A stretch of DNA of 64,000 nucleotides from an uncultured delta proteobacterium. Lineage in GTDB: Bacteria > Desulfobacterota > Binatia > Binatales > Binataceae. Shown here piece by piece: positions 20,304 through 28,381 of this stretch (its first letter is position 1; the number at the start of each line of letters is the position of its first letter). A program made the position numbers and the translations under genes. The stretch spans positions 2,272,001 through 2,336,000 of the forward strand of contig CAWJET010000001.1 in the NCBI GenBank assembly GCA_963842085.1, in the 5' to 3' direction. The notes beneath the pieces are model-generated. The model had not been told where the DNA came from and made no database searches. It saw only the letters and a list, made by a program, of their open reading frames with translations.

Positions 20304-21056
20304 TCAGGCCGGACTTTGGCGTGCTCTCTTGAACTCGGCGTCGGAGGCGGCGATATGCGTTTGCCCCAGAAAAGTTTCCACTCGATCCCGATTGACAACC
20401 AGTTGACGCCCGCTGCGCCAAATCAAATGCTTGCGCTCGAACAAATTCAAATGCTCGGTGATTCGAGGCCGCGAGGCGCCGACCAGTTCTGCGAGGTCTT
20501 TGTGCCGAGCGGGCAATGTCAGCCGAATCCCTTTTGGATCGTGCAGACCGAAATTTTCACATAGTTCGAGCAGGATCAGGGCCAACCGCTCTTCGAGAGT
20601 GCAGCTCATGAAGTTTGCGCAGCGCAGTTGAACCAAATCCCAGCGGCCCAGGTAGCTCGACGCCATCCGTTTGAAGTCTGCCGAAGTGACTCCGAGCGAT
20701 ATTTCGACGAACGTCTCAAGCGGGATCGTCCCTATTCGGCAAACGGTAACTGCTTCGCAGCGAAAATTGTAGCTGATGCCGGAAACCGGCGGCGGGAAAC
20801 CGGGGATCATGCCGGGCGCGACCATGATCACCAACGTGCGCTGACCCTTGCGATTGCGGCACGTGATTCGCGCCACCCCTGCGAGCAGGATGTATGCGGA
20901 ATCGGGCGAGTGCCTCTCGTCGAAGATGATCGCGCGCTTTTCGACGATGCTGATGGTCAGCGCGTTGGAGAGCTTGTCGAGCTGCCGCGCCGTGAGCCAG
21001 GAGATATTCTTAAGCCCGCGCAAACTTCGGGTGGCCGATGCTCGAACAGGACTCAT
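20304..21056 (-). CDS. Crp/Fnr family transcriptional regulator (paralogue)
   Basis: ERLALILLELCENFG; HTH RHKDLAELVGASRPRITEHL. Confidence 0.9.
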   Translation of the reverse strand: MSPVRASATRSLRGLKNISWLTARQLDKLSNALTISIVEKRAIIFDERHSPDSAYILLAGVARITCRNRKGQRTLVIMVAPGMIPGFPPPVSGISYNFRCEAVTVCRIGTIPLETFVEISLGVTSADFKRMASSYLGRWDLVQLRCANFMSCTLEERLALILLELCENFGLHDPKGIRLTLPARHKDLAELVGASRPRITEHLNLFERKHLIWRSGRQLVVNRDRVETFLGQTHIAASDAEFKRARQSPA

Positions 21057-21174
21057 TTCCGCAACGTATCAAACGTCGGCGCTCAAGGTAAATAAAGCCC
21101 GCGACATAGGCTAAATTCGACGCATTTAGTTCTCTATATAACCGATTGATGCTGAGGCTCAACCGCCTTGCAGA

Positions 21175-22512
21175 TCACATGGACACAGGACTCCCGCTCT
21201 TGCGTAGGAGCGTCGGATCCCGATACGCGATCCAGATCAGCAGCACCAGCGCAGGAATCGTCGCGACCGTCGTCAGCATGAAGAACGGCACCCAGCCGAG
21301 CTTGTCCGCCAGCACTCCCCCCAAAGACGCGAACAGCGTGCGCCCCACCGCCGCCAATGACGACAGCAGCGCGTACTGAGTCGCGGTGAACGCCGGTGAG
21401 CATAGGTCGGAGAGGTAGGCCACCAGCGCTGTGCCCGCCATCGCGCCCGTCAGATTCTCGGCGGCGACGCACAGGGCAAGATAATCGAGCCGATGGCCGC
21501 CCACCGCCTGCAGCACGTAGAACAAGTTGCCCGCCGACTGCAGAACCCCGCACAGGACGAGCGCGCGCATCACGCCGAGCTTCGACGTCACCACACCCCC
21601 GACAATCGCGCCGGCAACAGTCGCGAAGAATCCGACCAGCTTGGAGACGGCAGCGATCTCGTTGAGCGAAAAACCGAGCGAGATGTAGAGCGGCATCGCC
21701 ATCACTCCCGCCATCGCTTCGCCGAGCTTGTAGCCGACGATGAAAATGACGATCGCCGGCCACATCGGCCGCCGCATGAAGTCGGCGAACGGCCCCGTGA
21801 CCGCAGTCGCCAGCCAGGCGCTAATCGCGTCCCATCCTGCCATTGCGGGACGCGGCTGCGCTTCCGGCAGCGTCGCCGGTTCGGGCCCGAAGATGAACAC
21901 GAGCACGCCGACCGCCAGCAAGGCCGCCATCGTGGCGTAGGCCGCGAACCAGCCGTAGCGGGCTGCAATGATCAGCGCGCCGGCGCCGGAGACCAGCATC
22001 GCGATCCGGTAGCCGGTCTGGATCATGGCGGCGCCGGGACCCTGCTGCTCGGGCGTGAGGATTTCTACCCGGTAGGCGTCGATCACGACGTCCTGGCTGG
22101 CCGAGAGGAAAGCCACCAGCAGCGCCAGCGTCCCTATGAGCGCAAGGTCACGTTTCGGGTTGCACGAACCCAGCGCGAGCGTCACCGCGATGAGTGCGAG
22201 CTGAATCGCGATGCCCCAGCCACGCCGTCGCCCGAGCGGAATCGGCGGCGGCAGCCGATCGATCAACGGCGACCACAGGAACTTGAACGCGTACGGCGTG
22301 CCGACCAGCGCGAAAGCGCCGATGGTTGCGCGGCTCACGCCTTTGCTGGCGAACCATGCCGACAATGTTGAAAAGGTAAGCAGCAACGGGATGCCGCTGG
22401 CGAAGCCCAACGGCAGGATCAGCATCACGCGCCGCTCGGTGTACTCCCCAAGCGCCCGCCGCCAGCCCTTTACCCCGCTCGCTCCGTTTATGACACCCTG
22501 CACCGCCGGCAT
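21175..22512 (-). CDS. ampG: AmpG muropeptide MFS permease
   Basis: LGFASGIPLLL, PYAFKFLWSPLID, LGRRRGW, SASQDVVIDAYRVE, FTATQYALLSSL. Confidence 0.93.
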   Translation of the reverse strand: MPAVQGVINGASGVKGWRRALGEYTERRVMLILPLGFASGIPLLLTFSTLSAWFASKGVSRATIGAFALVGTPYAFKFLWSPLIDRLPPPIPLGRRRGWGIAIQLALIAVTLALGSCNPKRDLALIGTLALLVAFLSASQDVVIDAYRVEILTPEQQGPGAAMIQTGYRIAMLVSGAGALIIAARYGWFAAYATMAALLAVGVLVFIFGPEPATLPEAQPRPAMAGWDAISAWLATAVTGPFADFMRRPMWPAIVIFIVGYKLGEAMAGVMAMPLYISLGFSLNEIAAVSKLVGFFATVAGAIVGGVVTSKLGVMRALVLCGVLQSAGNLFYVLQAVGGHRLDYLALCVAAENLTGAMAGTALVAYLSDLCSPAFTATQYALLSSLAAVGRTLFASLGGVLADKLGWVPFFMLTTVATIPALVLLIWIAYRDPTLLRKSGSPVSM

Positions 22513-22677
22513 CGTGACTTCATATCACTTGAGACGCCGAGAGCGCACAGTAAACGGGCAGCAATCCGTCGAGACTCGCACACAAACTTCCTTGATAACG
22601 ATTTCCGGTCTGCTACCATTGGCGCCGCCATGGCGCTCAAAACCTTCAAGCTGTAGCGGCGCCGTTCGAGCGCCCGG

Positions 22678-23109
22678 CTATTTCTCCGCCGGCCGGACCT
22701 TCATCGCGACCATCTCGTTTACCAACCTCAAGCGCACCTCCTTGATCTCGGTCAGGCGCGTCGCGCGGGTCTTCGCGACTTCCTCGCGCGTGTAGGGGCG
22801 AAAGCCGGCCGGGATTCGATCGGCGCTGAACGATTCGATGATCCAATTCATCACGGCCGCCACCTGCGCGTCGTCGAGCGCCGACTGCGCGACGCCCGGC
22901 ACCTCGATCAGGTACTGCCTGCCGCCCGGCACGCGCAGAAAGTCCGCGGCGCCGCGAAGCGACGGTGCCGTGCCGGGAATCCCTTCGCCGTGCGGCCGAT
23001 GGCATCCCCAGCAATTCAGCATGTAGAGCTTTTCGGGCGGCTCAGCCCACGCGGGCGCCGCCGCCAGCATCAGGAGCGCCGCGGCGCTTGCGAGACTACG
23101 CCACTTCAT
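22678..23109 (-). CDS. Periplasmic monoheme cytochrome c
   Basis: Signal peptide MKWRSLASAAALLMLAAAPAWA; CWGCH; ATGA overlap with the upstream cytochrome. Confidence 0.85.
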   Translation of the reverse strand: MKWRSLASAAALLMLAAAPAWAEPPEKLYMLNCWGCHRPHGEGIPGTAPSLRGAADFLRVPGGRQYLIEVPGVAQSALDDAQVAAVMNWIIESFSADRIPAGFRPYTREEVAKTRATRLTEIKEVRLRLVNEMVAMKVRPAEK

Positions 23110-23576
23110 CGCTTCTGTTGATTCATCAGCGATGATCGCTCGCGAGTTAACTCGGTCGCCGAGAGCGGCATCGCGCGGGCGCGCCTGACCTCCGCCGGGG
23201 TGATCGGCGCAAAATCTTTCGGAAGTTCGGGTGCATTGAAATGCGTCAGCACTTCGTTGAGCACCGCGGCAATCTCGGCGTCGGTGAGCTGCGAGAATCG
23301 CGGCATCAGGCCGTTGTACGTTGTGCCACCGACGGTGATCGGGCCGCTGAGTCCGCCGAGCACCACGTGAATCAGGTAGTCGCGGCCGTCCTTGAATAGC
23401 ACATCGTAGCCGATCGAGTCTGCCAGCGGAGGGTAGATGCCGGGCACTCCTCGCGCCGTACTCTGATGACAGATGACGCATCGCGCGGCGAACACGTCGG
23501 GCTCGGCGGCACGCGCATCAGCGATCCAGCCGGCGCCGAGTGCGACGGCCACGAGAGCGAGCGCAACCCGGTTCAC
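23106..23576 (-). CDS. Periplasmic monoheme cytochrome c
   Basis: GTG start overlapping the mauA stop; signal peptide; CVICH; GVPGIYPPLA; distal Met in YNGLMP. Confidence 0.88.
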   Translation of the reverse strand: MNRVALALVAVALGAGWIADARAAEPDVFAARCVICHQSTARGVPGIYPPLADSIGYDVLFKDGRDYLIHVVLGGLSGPITVGGTTYNGLMPRFSQLTDAEIAAVLNEVLTHFNAPELPKDFAPITPAEVRRARAMPLSATELTRERSSLMNQQKR

Positions 23577-24079
23577 TTCACCGAGACGATCTCGGCGGTC
23601 GAGCAGTGATACATCATCGTCGGCGCGCCGAAGCACCAGATGAGGTCGCTGTCGAGCTGCGGCCGATAGAGTGGCATCTCGCTGATCGTGTTCGCGCACA
23701 GGCATCGCCCGCACGAGGCCTTGCCGCAGCAGTCGCGGTAACTGACGATGTAGTCTTTGCCGTCGGACGGATGGCGGCAGGTGCCGACCCACGAGGTAGG
23801 CGACGGCGTGGCGCCGGGCGGGCAGTCGTGCGAGCCGCCGCCGCAGCATGAACAAAGGAAGCCGTCGATCGCGCAGTATTTCCAGTAGTCGCAGGTGGTA
23901 TCGTCCTCGGTGTTTTTCGACTTTGGGCCGGCGGCATTCGCATTCGCGGCGACGCGATCGATCGGCAGCAGCGGAAAGATTGACGCGCCGAGAATCATTT
24001 TGCCGAGCGTGGCGAGAAAGCTGCGCCGCGAACTCCGCTGCGCCACCGCGCGGGTCAGTCGTTCGACGAGTCTATCCAT
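23573..24079 (-). CDS. mauA: TTQ amine dehydrogenase light chain
   Basis: Tat motif SSRRSFL; CDYWKYCAIDGFLCSCCGG; YRDCCG; DLIWCFG; MYHCS; both TTQ Trp present. Confidence 0.95.
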   Translation of the reverse strand: MDRLVERLTRAVAQRSSRRSFLATLGKMILGASIFPLLPIDRVAANANAAGPKSKNTEDDTTCDYWKYCAIDGFLCSCCGGGSHDCPPGATPSPTSWVGTCRHPSDGKDYIVSYRDCCGKASCGRCLCANTISEMPLYRPQLDSDLIWCFGAPTMMYHCSTAEIVSVK

Positions 24080-24728
24080 GATGCTTCGCGCCCCTCTCTC
24101 CGTTGGCCCGAGCTTTCGCCGCCGCGCCGTGTTCGTGGTGCGTCTTTAGATATTCCTGGAGCGACGCCAGGTGCATCTGCTTGGCGGCGACGATGCTTTC
24201 GAGATGCTCGCGCGTGTTGACCAGACCCTTGGCGCGCACCACGCCTTCATCGTCGATCAACACCGCGTATGGAAGCTTGGCTACACGATAGGTCAGGCCG
24301 ACTTCGGGCGACAGCACGAACGGATACGATTCAAGCTGATGCCGCGCGATTAACGCGTCCTGCTCGGACGGCTCGCCGTCGCTGGTGAAAATCAGATCGA
24401 GCCATCGCGACTCCGCCGCCGCGACCGACTTGGCAATCGGCAGGAGTTTCTTGCACACCGGGCAGGTCGGCGAGACGAACATCAGGAGCTGGCTGCGGCC
24501 GTCGGTGCGTGCGGCGCCGATTGCGATCGGCCTGTTTGCCAGGTCGGTCAACTCGAAGACGGGAGATTGGTCGCCGACCTTGGGACCCTTGTCGATAGTG
24601 AGCGCGCCCATCGGGGCGATTCGTTCGTGCAGCACGCCGATTTGACGAATGAGCGCGAGCACGACGGCCGACAGCGCGACCACCGCGATCCACAGAATTA
24701 TTTGCGAGATGACGAGTGCGTCATGCAT
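24072..24728 (-). CDS. mauD: Methylamine utilisation protein MauD (thioredoxin-like)
   Basis: RQIGVLHERIAPMGAL, SPTCPVCKKLLP, KGLVNTREHLES. Confidence 0.95.
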   Translation of the reverse strand: MHDALVISQIILWIAVVALSAVVLALIRQIGVLHERIAPMGALTIDKGPKVGDQSPVFELTDLANRPIAIGAARTDGRSQLLMFVSPTCPVCKKLLPIAKSVAAAESRWLDLIFTSDGEPSEQDALIARHQLESYPFVLSPEVGLTYRVAKLPYAVLIDDEGVVRAKGLVNTREHLESIVAAKQMHLASLQEYLKTHHEHGAAAKARANGERGAKHHG

Positions 24729-25269
24729 TGGCAGTCTCGAGCGCGCGCATCCGCGGCAGGTTGGCGAGCAGATAGTTTGCCGCCAGGTAGAGAACCACAA
24801 CGGTCGCAGCGCCGAAAACGATGGTCGCGGCGTCGAGCGGCGTCATCGGGCGGCCGTCCGCCGGCACAATCGCGATCGCGGCCAGTGCCATCAGAATCGC
24901 GTTGCGCGCCGGCAGCCACCAGCTCAGCGGCTGGCGGATCGCCGGACCGAAACATCCGCAATCGACGTGCAATCGCCCGCGCATCAGGTTGACGACGATC
25001 GCAGCGGTGAAGATTGCGAGCAGTATAAGCAGCAGAGCGGCAGCGGCTTGATGGCTGCGCGGTATCAGAATCCCCACTGCGCCAGCGGTTTCGGTGACCG
25101 GAACCAGCGCCGCGACTGGCATCGCAGAACTTTCAGGGACGATACGGTAGTTCGCGACCGCGGCGCGAAACTCGCCGAAGTCCTCAAATTTGATTACCGC
25201 CGACGCGCCGAACACGACCGCCAGCGCAATCGAGATCGTCCATGAAACCGCTGGATCCATCGCAAACAT
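24721..25269 (-). CDS. mauE: Methylamine utilisation membrane protein MauE
   Basis: TM helices, NLMRGRLHVDCGCFG, ARNAILM; lies between mauB and mauD. Confidence 0.92.
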   Translation of the reverse strand: MFAMDPAVSWTISIALAVVFGASAVIKFEDFGEFRAAVANYRIVPESSAMPVAALVPVTETAGAVGILIPRSHQAAAALLLILLAIFTAAIVVNLMRGRLHVDCGCFGPAIRQPLSWWLPARNAILMALAAIAIVPADGRPMTPLDAATIVFGAATVVVLYLAANYLLANLPRMRALETANA

Positions 25270-25275
25270 AATCCG

Positions 25276-26415
25276 CTAGGGTCCTTGCACCAGGAACGGT
25301 GTGCCGAGTTGATCGACTGTGCCTAGATGCTTGCCGTCCGGCACCGCGTATTCGTCCAACTGACTCTTCAGCAACGACAGCGTGTACAGAATTGGGTTAT
25401 CGCTATTGCTCACGTAGATCGAGTACGCGGGAGTCTTGAGCTTGATGCGCCCGACGCGCGCCTGCTTTGCCGCGTCGAAGACCCAGACCTCGGTGCCGAA
25501 CTGCTTGTGAGTCCATTCGCCGCCCTGATGCATCAGCACGAAGAGCAAATTGCGCTTCTCATTGTATGCGATCGTCTGCCATCCGCCCGGGCGCCACGCC
25601 TTGTCTTTCGCGCTCGCATACACCGACCATTCAGGCTCGGCCACCGCTTCGGCTCCCGACAAATCGAGCACGTGAATCGCGCCGTGGTACGAATCGAAGT
25701 ACGCCTTGCTGCCGACGACGGCCGGCTGATCGAAAACGGGATCCTTGTTGGGATCGAAGAACGGCTTGCCCTGCTTCTTTTCTTTGGCGGCGCCGGCGTC
25801 GTCAAGCTGGACGGTGAGAATCGAGCCGTCCGCGCACATCGAGGAGAACTGGCGGTTGCCGGGCGCGAGCACCTGGACGCATCCGGGCGTGTCGATCTCG
25901 CCGGCGAACTTGCGCGCCTTTAGATCGACGACGCTGACCGAAGTGGCCGGCGTCATGTTGGCGATCAGCATGAAGCGGCCGTCGGGCGTGACGGCCGCCG
26001 TGTCGCGCTTGGGCACGATCAAAATTCGCTTGGGCGGAATCGCGACCTCGGCCTCGAAGGTGAGCGACTTGGCGTCGAAGATCGAAACGACGTCGGTGCG
26101 CGTGCCATGCCATCCGCGCGAGTAGTAGGTGTCGACCATGTACATCTCGCGATGGTCGGGGGAAATCTCGAAATTGGCCAGGTAGCCGCCGGTCAACTGA
26201 CCAAGCATCTTGCGGGTGTCGCCGTCGATGATGTCGAGCTTGGCGATGTTGGTGCTTGGGAAGCCGGCGTCCAGCACGAAGACCCAGTTGGGCGCGGGCT
26301 CGGGGAGGGTCTTCGAGGTCATCTCGTCAGGGGGAAGCTGGGCGCGCGCGGGCACGGCCGCGAGCGGCGCGCTCCCGAGGATCAGAAGCAGGAGAATGCA
26401 GGTGCGCTTGGACAT
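25276..26415 (-). CDS. mauB: TTQ amine dehydrogenase heavy chain (beta-propeller)
   Basis: Signal peptide; TYYSRGWHGTRTDVV, NMTPATSVSVVDL, PGC..C.DGS, WRPGGWQ, THKQFGTEVWVFD. Confidence 0.93.
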   Translation of the reverse strand: MSKRTCILLLLILGSAPLAAVPARAQLPPDEMTSKTLPEPAPNWVFVLDAGFPSTNIAKLDIIDGDTRKMLGQLTGGYLANFEISPDHREMYMVDTYYSRGWHGTRTDVVSIFDAKSLTFEAEVAIPPKRILIVPKRDTAAVTPDGRFMLIANMTPATSVSVVDLKARKFAGEIDTPGCVQVLAPGNRQFSSMCADGSILTVQLDDAGAAKEKKQGKPFFDPNKDPVFDQPAVVGSKAYFDSYHGAIHVLDLSGAEAVAEPEWSVYASAKDKAWRPGGWQTIAYNEKRNLLFVLMHQGGEWTHKQFGTEVWVFDAAKQARVGRIKLKTPAYSIYVSNSDNPILYTLSLLKSQLDEYAVPDGKHLGTVDQLGTPFLVQGP

Positions 26416-26479
26416 CTTGAGTCGCTCGCCAGCGTGCATAGTACGGCGGAACGCGCAGGGTCAAGGCACGGGAGATAAC

Positions 26480-26500
26480 GAATGTGAACCCCGCCGTGGG
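26480..26500. repeat. Degenerate copy of a REP-like intergenic element
   Basis: GAATGTGAACCCCGCCGTGGG is 19/21 identical to 44554-44574. Confidence 0.55.
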
Positions 26501-26574
26501 CAAGACGCGCTTCGGCCTGTTTAGAAGGGGGGAATGGGTTTCTCGTTCGTTGCCTTGAGAGCCAGCTAAGAGAT

Positions 26575-27792
26575 TCACGGAGACGCGGTAGAGTTTGGTA
26601 TCGATACGGCCGCACGGCGGGCGGTGTCGGCCAGCAGCAGGAGCATCGCGAGCGGGGCGATTGGAATCATTGCGTGGCCGGCGAGTAAGCGCGCGAACAG
26701 CGGCAGCAGCCAGACGAACGCCAGCAGCGATTTTTCCCATGGGAGAAAGCCGCAGCGGCGGCCTTCGAGCGCGAGCCATGCGATCGGCAGCGCGAGGATG
26801 ACCAGATCGTGCACTATTATGTAAGGCGTCGCCAGCAATATGCCGGTTGCGAGCCCGGCGGCGTGAAGCTCAAACTTCGTTGTTCGCCGCCAAATCCAAG
26901 TGACGGTGAGCACGGTTATCAAACTTACCACGCACTGAAAAGCATAAGCCGTCGCGATGCTGAATCCCCACAAGCGCGCGGCGGCGAAGGCGCTTTGTAT
27001 CTTCTCGAACCCGATGCCACCCTGTTCGAGCACGACATGGCGGTTGAAGCTGACGCTGACAAAAAAAGCCTGCCAGGTTTGCGCTCCGAAAATTGCGAAC
27101 GACAGAGCCGCGAACAATACCACCGTGACCGACGCTGCCGCGATCGCGCGCCAGCGGCCAGTGGCGAGCAGAAAGATCGGCACCAAGATGCCGTACTGTG
27201 GTTTGTAGCTCATCAGCCCGAACATCACGCCGGCTAGAATCGGGCGCCGCTCGAGCGTCAGCAGGGCGGCCCCAAGCAGCGCGAGTGTGAGGAATCCATT
27301 CTGGCCGTTGGTCAGATTGACCAGCGCGCCGGGAAAAGCGATCGCCGGCCAAATCGAATCCCGCTCGGGGTCGATTTTCCACATGACTGCGAAATAGGCG
27401 GCGAAGGTTGCCGCGCTCCATGCAATCAAAGACCAGACGTACGGCAGAAGCGCTAGGGGCGAGATTATCAGCAGATACATCGGCGGGTAGCCAAAACTTG
27501 TGTAGCCCAGCGAGGCAGATTGAACTGCAGTTCTCTCTACCCTCCACAGTTGCGCGGTGTCGTACACGGAGGCCGCAAGTCCTTTGATCGCAAGTTGGGA
27601 AGCACTCCACAGCACCGCAAAGTCGGCGCCGATCGGATGTCCGGCAGGATCGACCAGCCCCTTGCTGTGCATCAGCCAGACGCTGGCGCTGACGACATAA
27701 ACGACGAGGAACAGCTTCGGATATGCGACGAGGCGCCGGCGCGTGAGCCACGGCGCATCTCTGAAGAAGTCGAGCATCGAGCTACCGGTCAA
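26575..27792 (-). CDS. GT-C membrane glycosyltransferase family 87 (DUF2029)
   Basis: PIGADF, FGYPP, NGQNGFL, SYKPQYG, multiple TM helices. Confidence 0.88.
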   Translation of the reverse strand: MTGSSMLDFFRDAPWLTRRRLVAYPKLFLVVYVVSASVWLMHSKGLVDPAGHPIGADFAVLWSASQLAIKGLAASVYDTAQLWRVERTAVQSASLGYTSFGYPPMYLLIISPLALLPYVWSLIAWSAATFAAYFAVMWKIDPERDSIWPAIAFPGALVNLTNGQNGFLTLALLGAALLTLERRPILAGVMFGLMSYKPQYGILVPIFLLATGRWRAIAAASVTVVLFAALSFAIFGAQTWQAFFVSVSFNRHVVLEQGGIGFEKIQSAFAAARLWGFSIATAYAFQCVVSLITVLTVTWIWRRTTKFELHAAGLATGILLATPYIIVHDLVILALPIAWLALEGRRCGFLPWEKSLLAFVWLLPLFARLLAGHAMIPIAPLAMLLLLADTARRAAVSIPNSTASP

Positions 27793-27985
27793 CCATCCTC
27801 CGCCGAGTCACCCTCACAACTTGCAGTCGACGAGCTCGGCTGCGAACCTCAATAGCAAAGGGCGAGCGCCACAACCAGCGGCGATCTTTCGGCATCGAAC
27901 GGCAATCTGGCGCAAGACTGCCTGCACACCAAAGTGCTAGAAGGGAGTTCTGACGAGGGTAATCGCCGCGAGGGGAGTTCGGACC

Positions 27986-28366
27986 ATGCTTGGCAACCAA
28001 CCGCTAATTGCGATGATTGCGACGACAGAGCCGGAGCGCGCGAAGGCATTCTACTCGGACGTTCTCGGGCTCAAGCTGGTTGAAGACGGATGGTTCGCGA
28101 TCGTGTTCACGGCGGGAGGTACCCGGCTCCACATTCAGAAGGTGAAGGAGTTTTCGCCGTTGCCGTTCACGGCGATGGGCTGGACGGTTGGCGACATCGC
28201 GGCGACCGTGGCGGAACTTACGAAGAAGGGCGTAAATTTCGAACGTTACAAAGGCATGACGCAGGACGACGCGGGCATCTGGACGACGCCGGATGGAACC
28301 AAGGTGTGCTGGTTCAAGGACCCTGACGGCAATACTCTGTCGCTGACTCAGTTCACTAGTAAGTGA
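27986..28366 (+). CDS. VOC/glyoxalase family protein
   Basis: AKAFYSDVLGL, WFKDPDGNTLSL. Confidence 0.9.
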   Translation: MLGNQPLIAMIATTEPERAKAFYSDVLGLKLVEDGWFAIVFTAGGTRLHIQKVKEFSPLPFTAMGWTVGDIAATVAELTKKGVNFERYKGMTQDDAGIWTTPDGTKVCWFKDPDGNTLSLTQFTSK

Positions 28367-28381
28367 GTAGTTTCGAACAGT

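Noticed and set aside
22630-22656. Ribosomal protein L2 fragment (MALKTFK)
   Set aside because: Only 7 residues match, and there is no ribosomal operon context.
22678-23855. Long starts for the cytochrome ORFs (267 and 249 aa)
   Set aside because: The extensions overlap upstream genes; signal peptides begin at 23109 and 23576.
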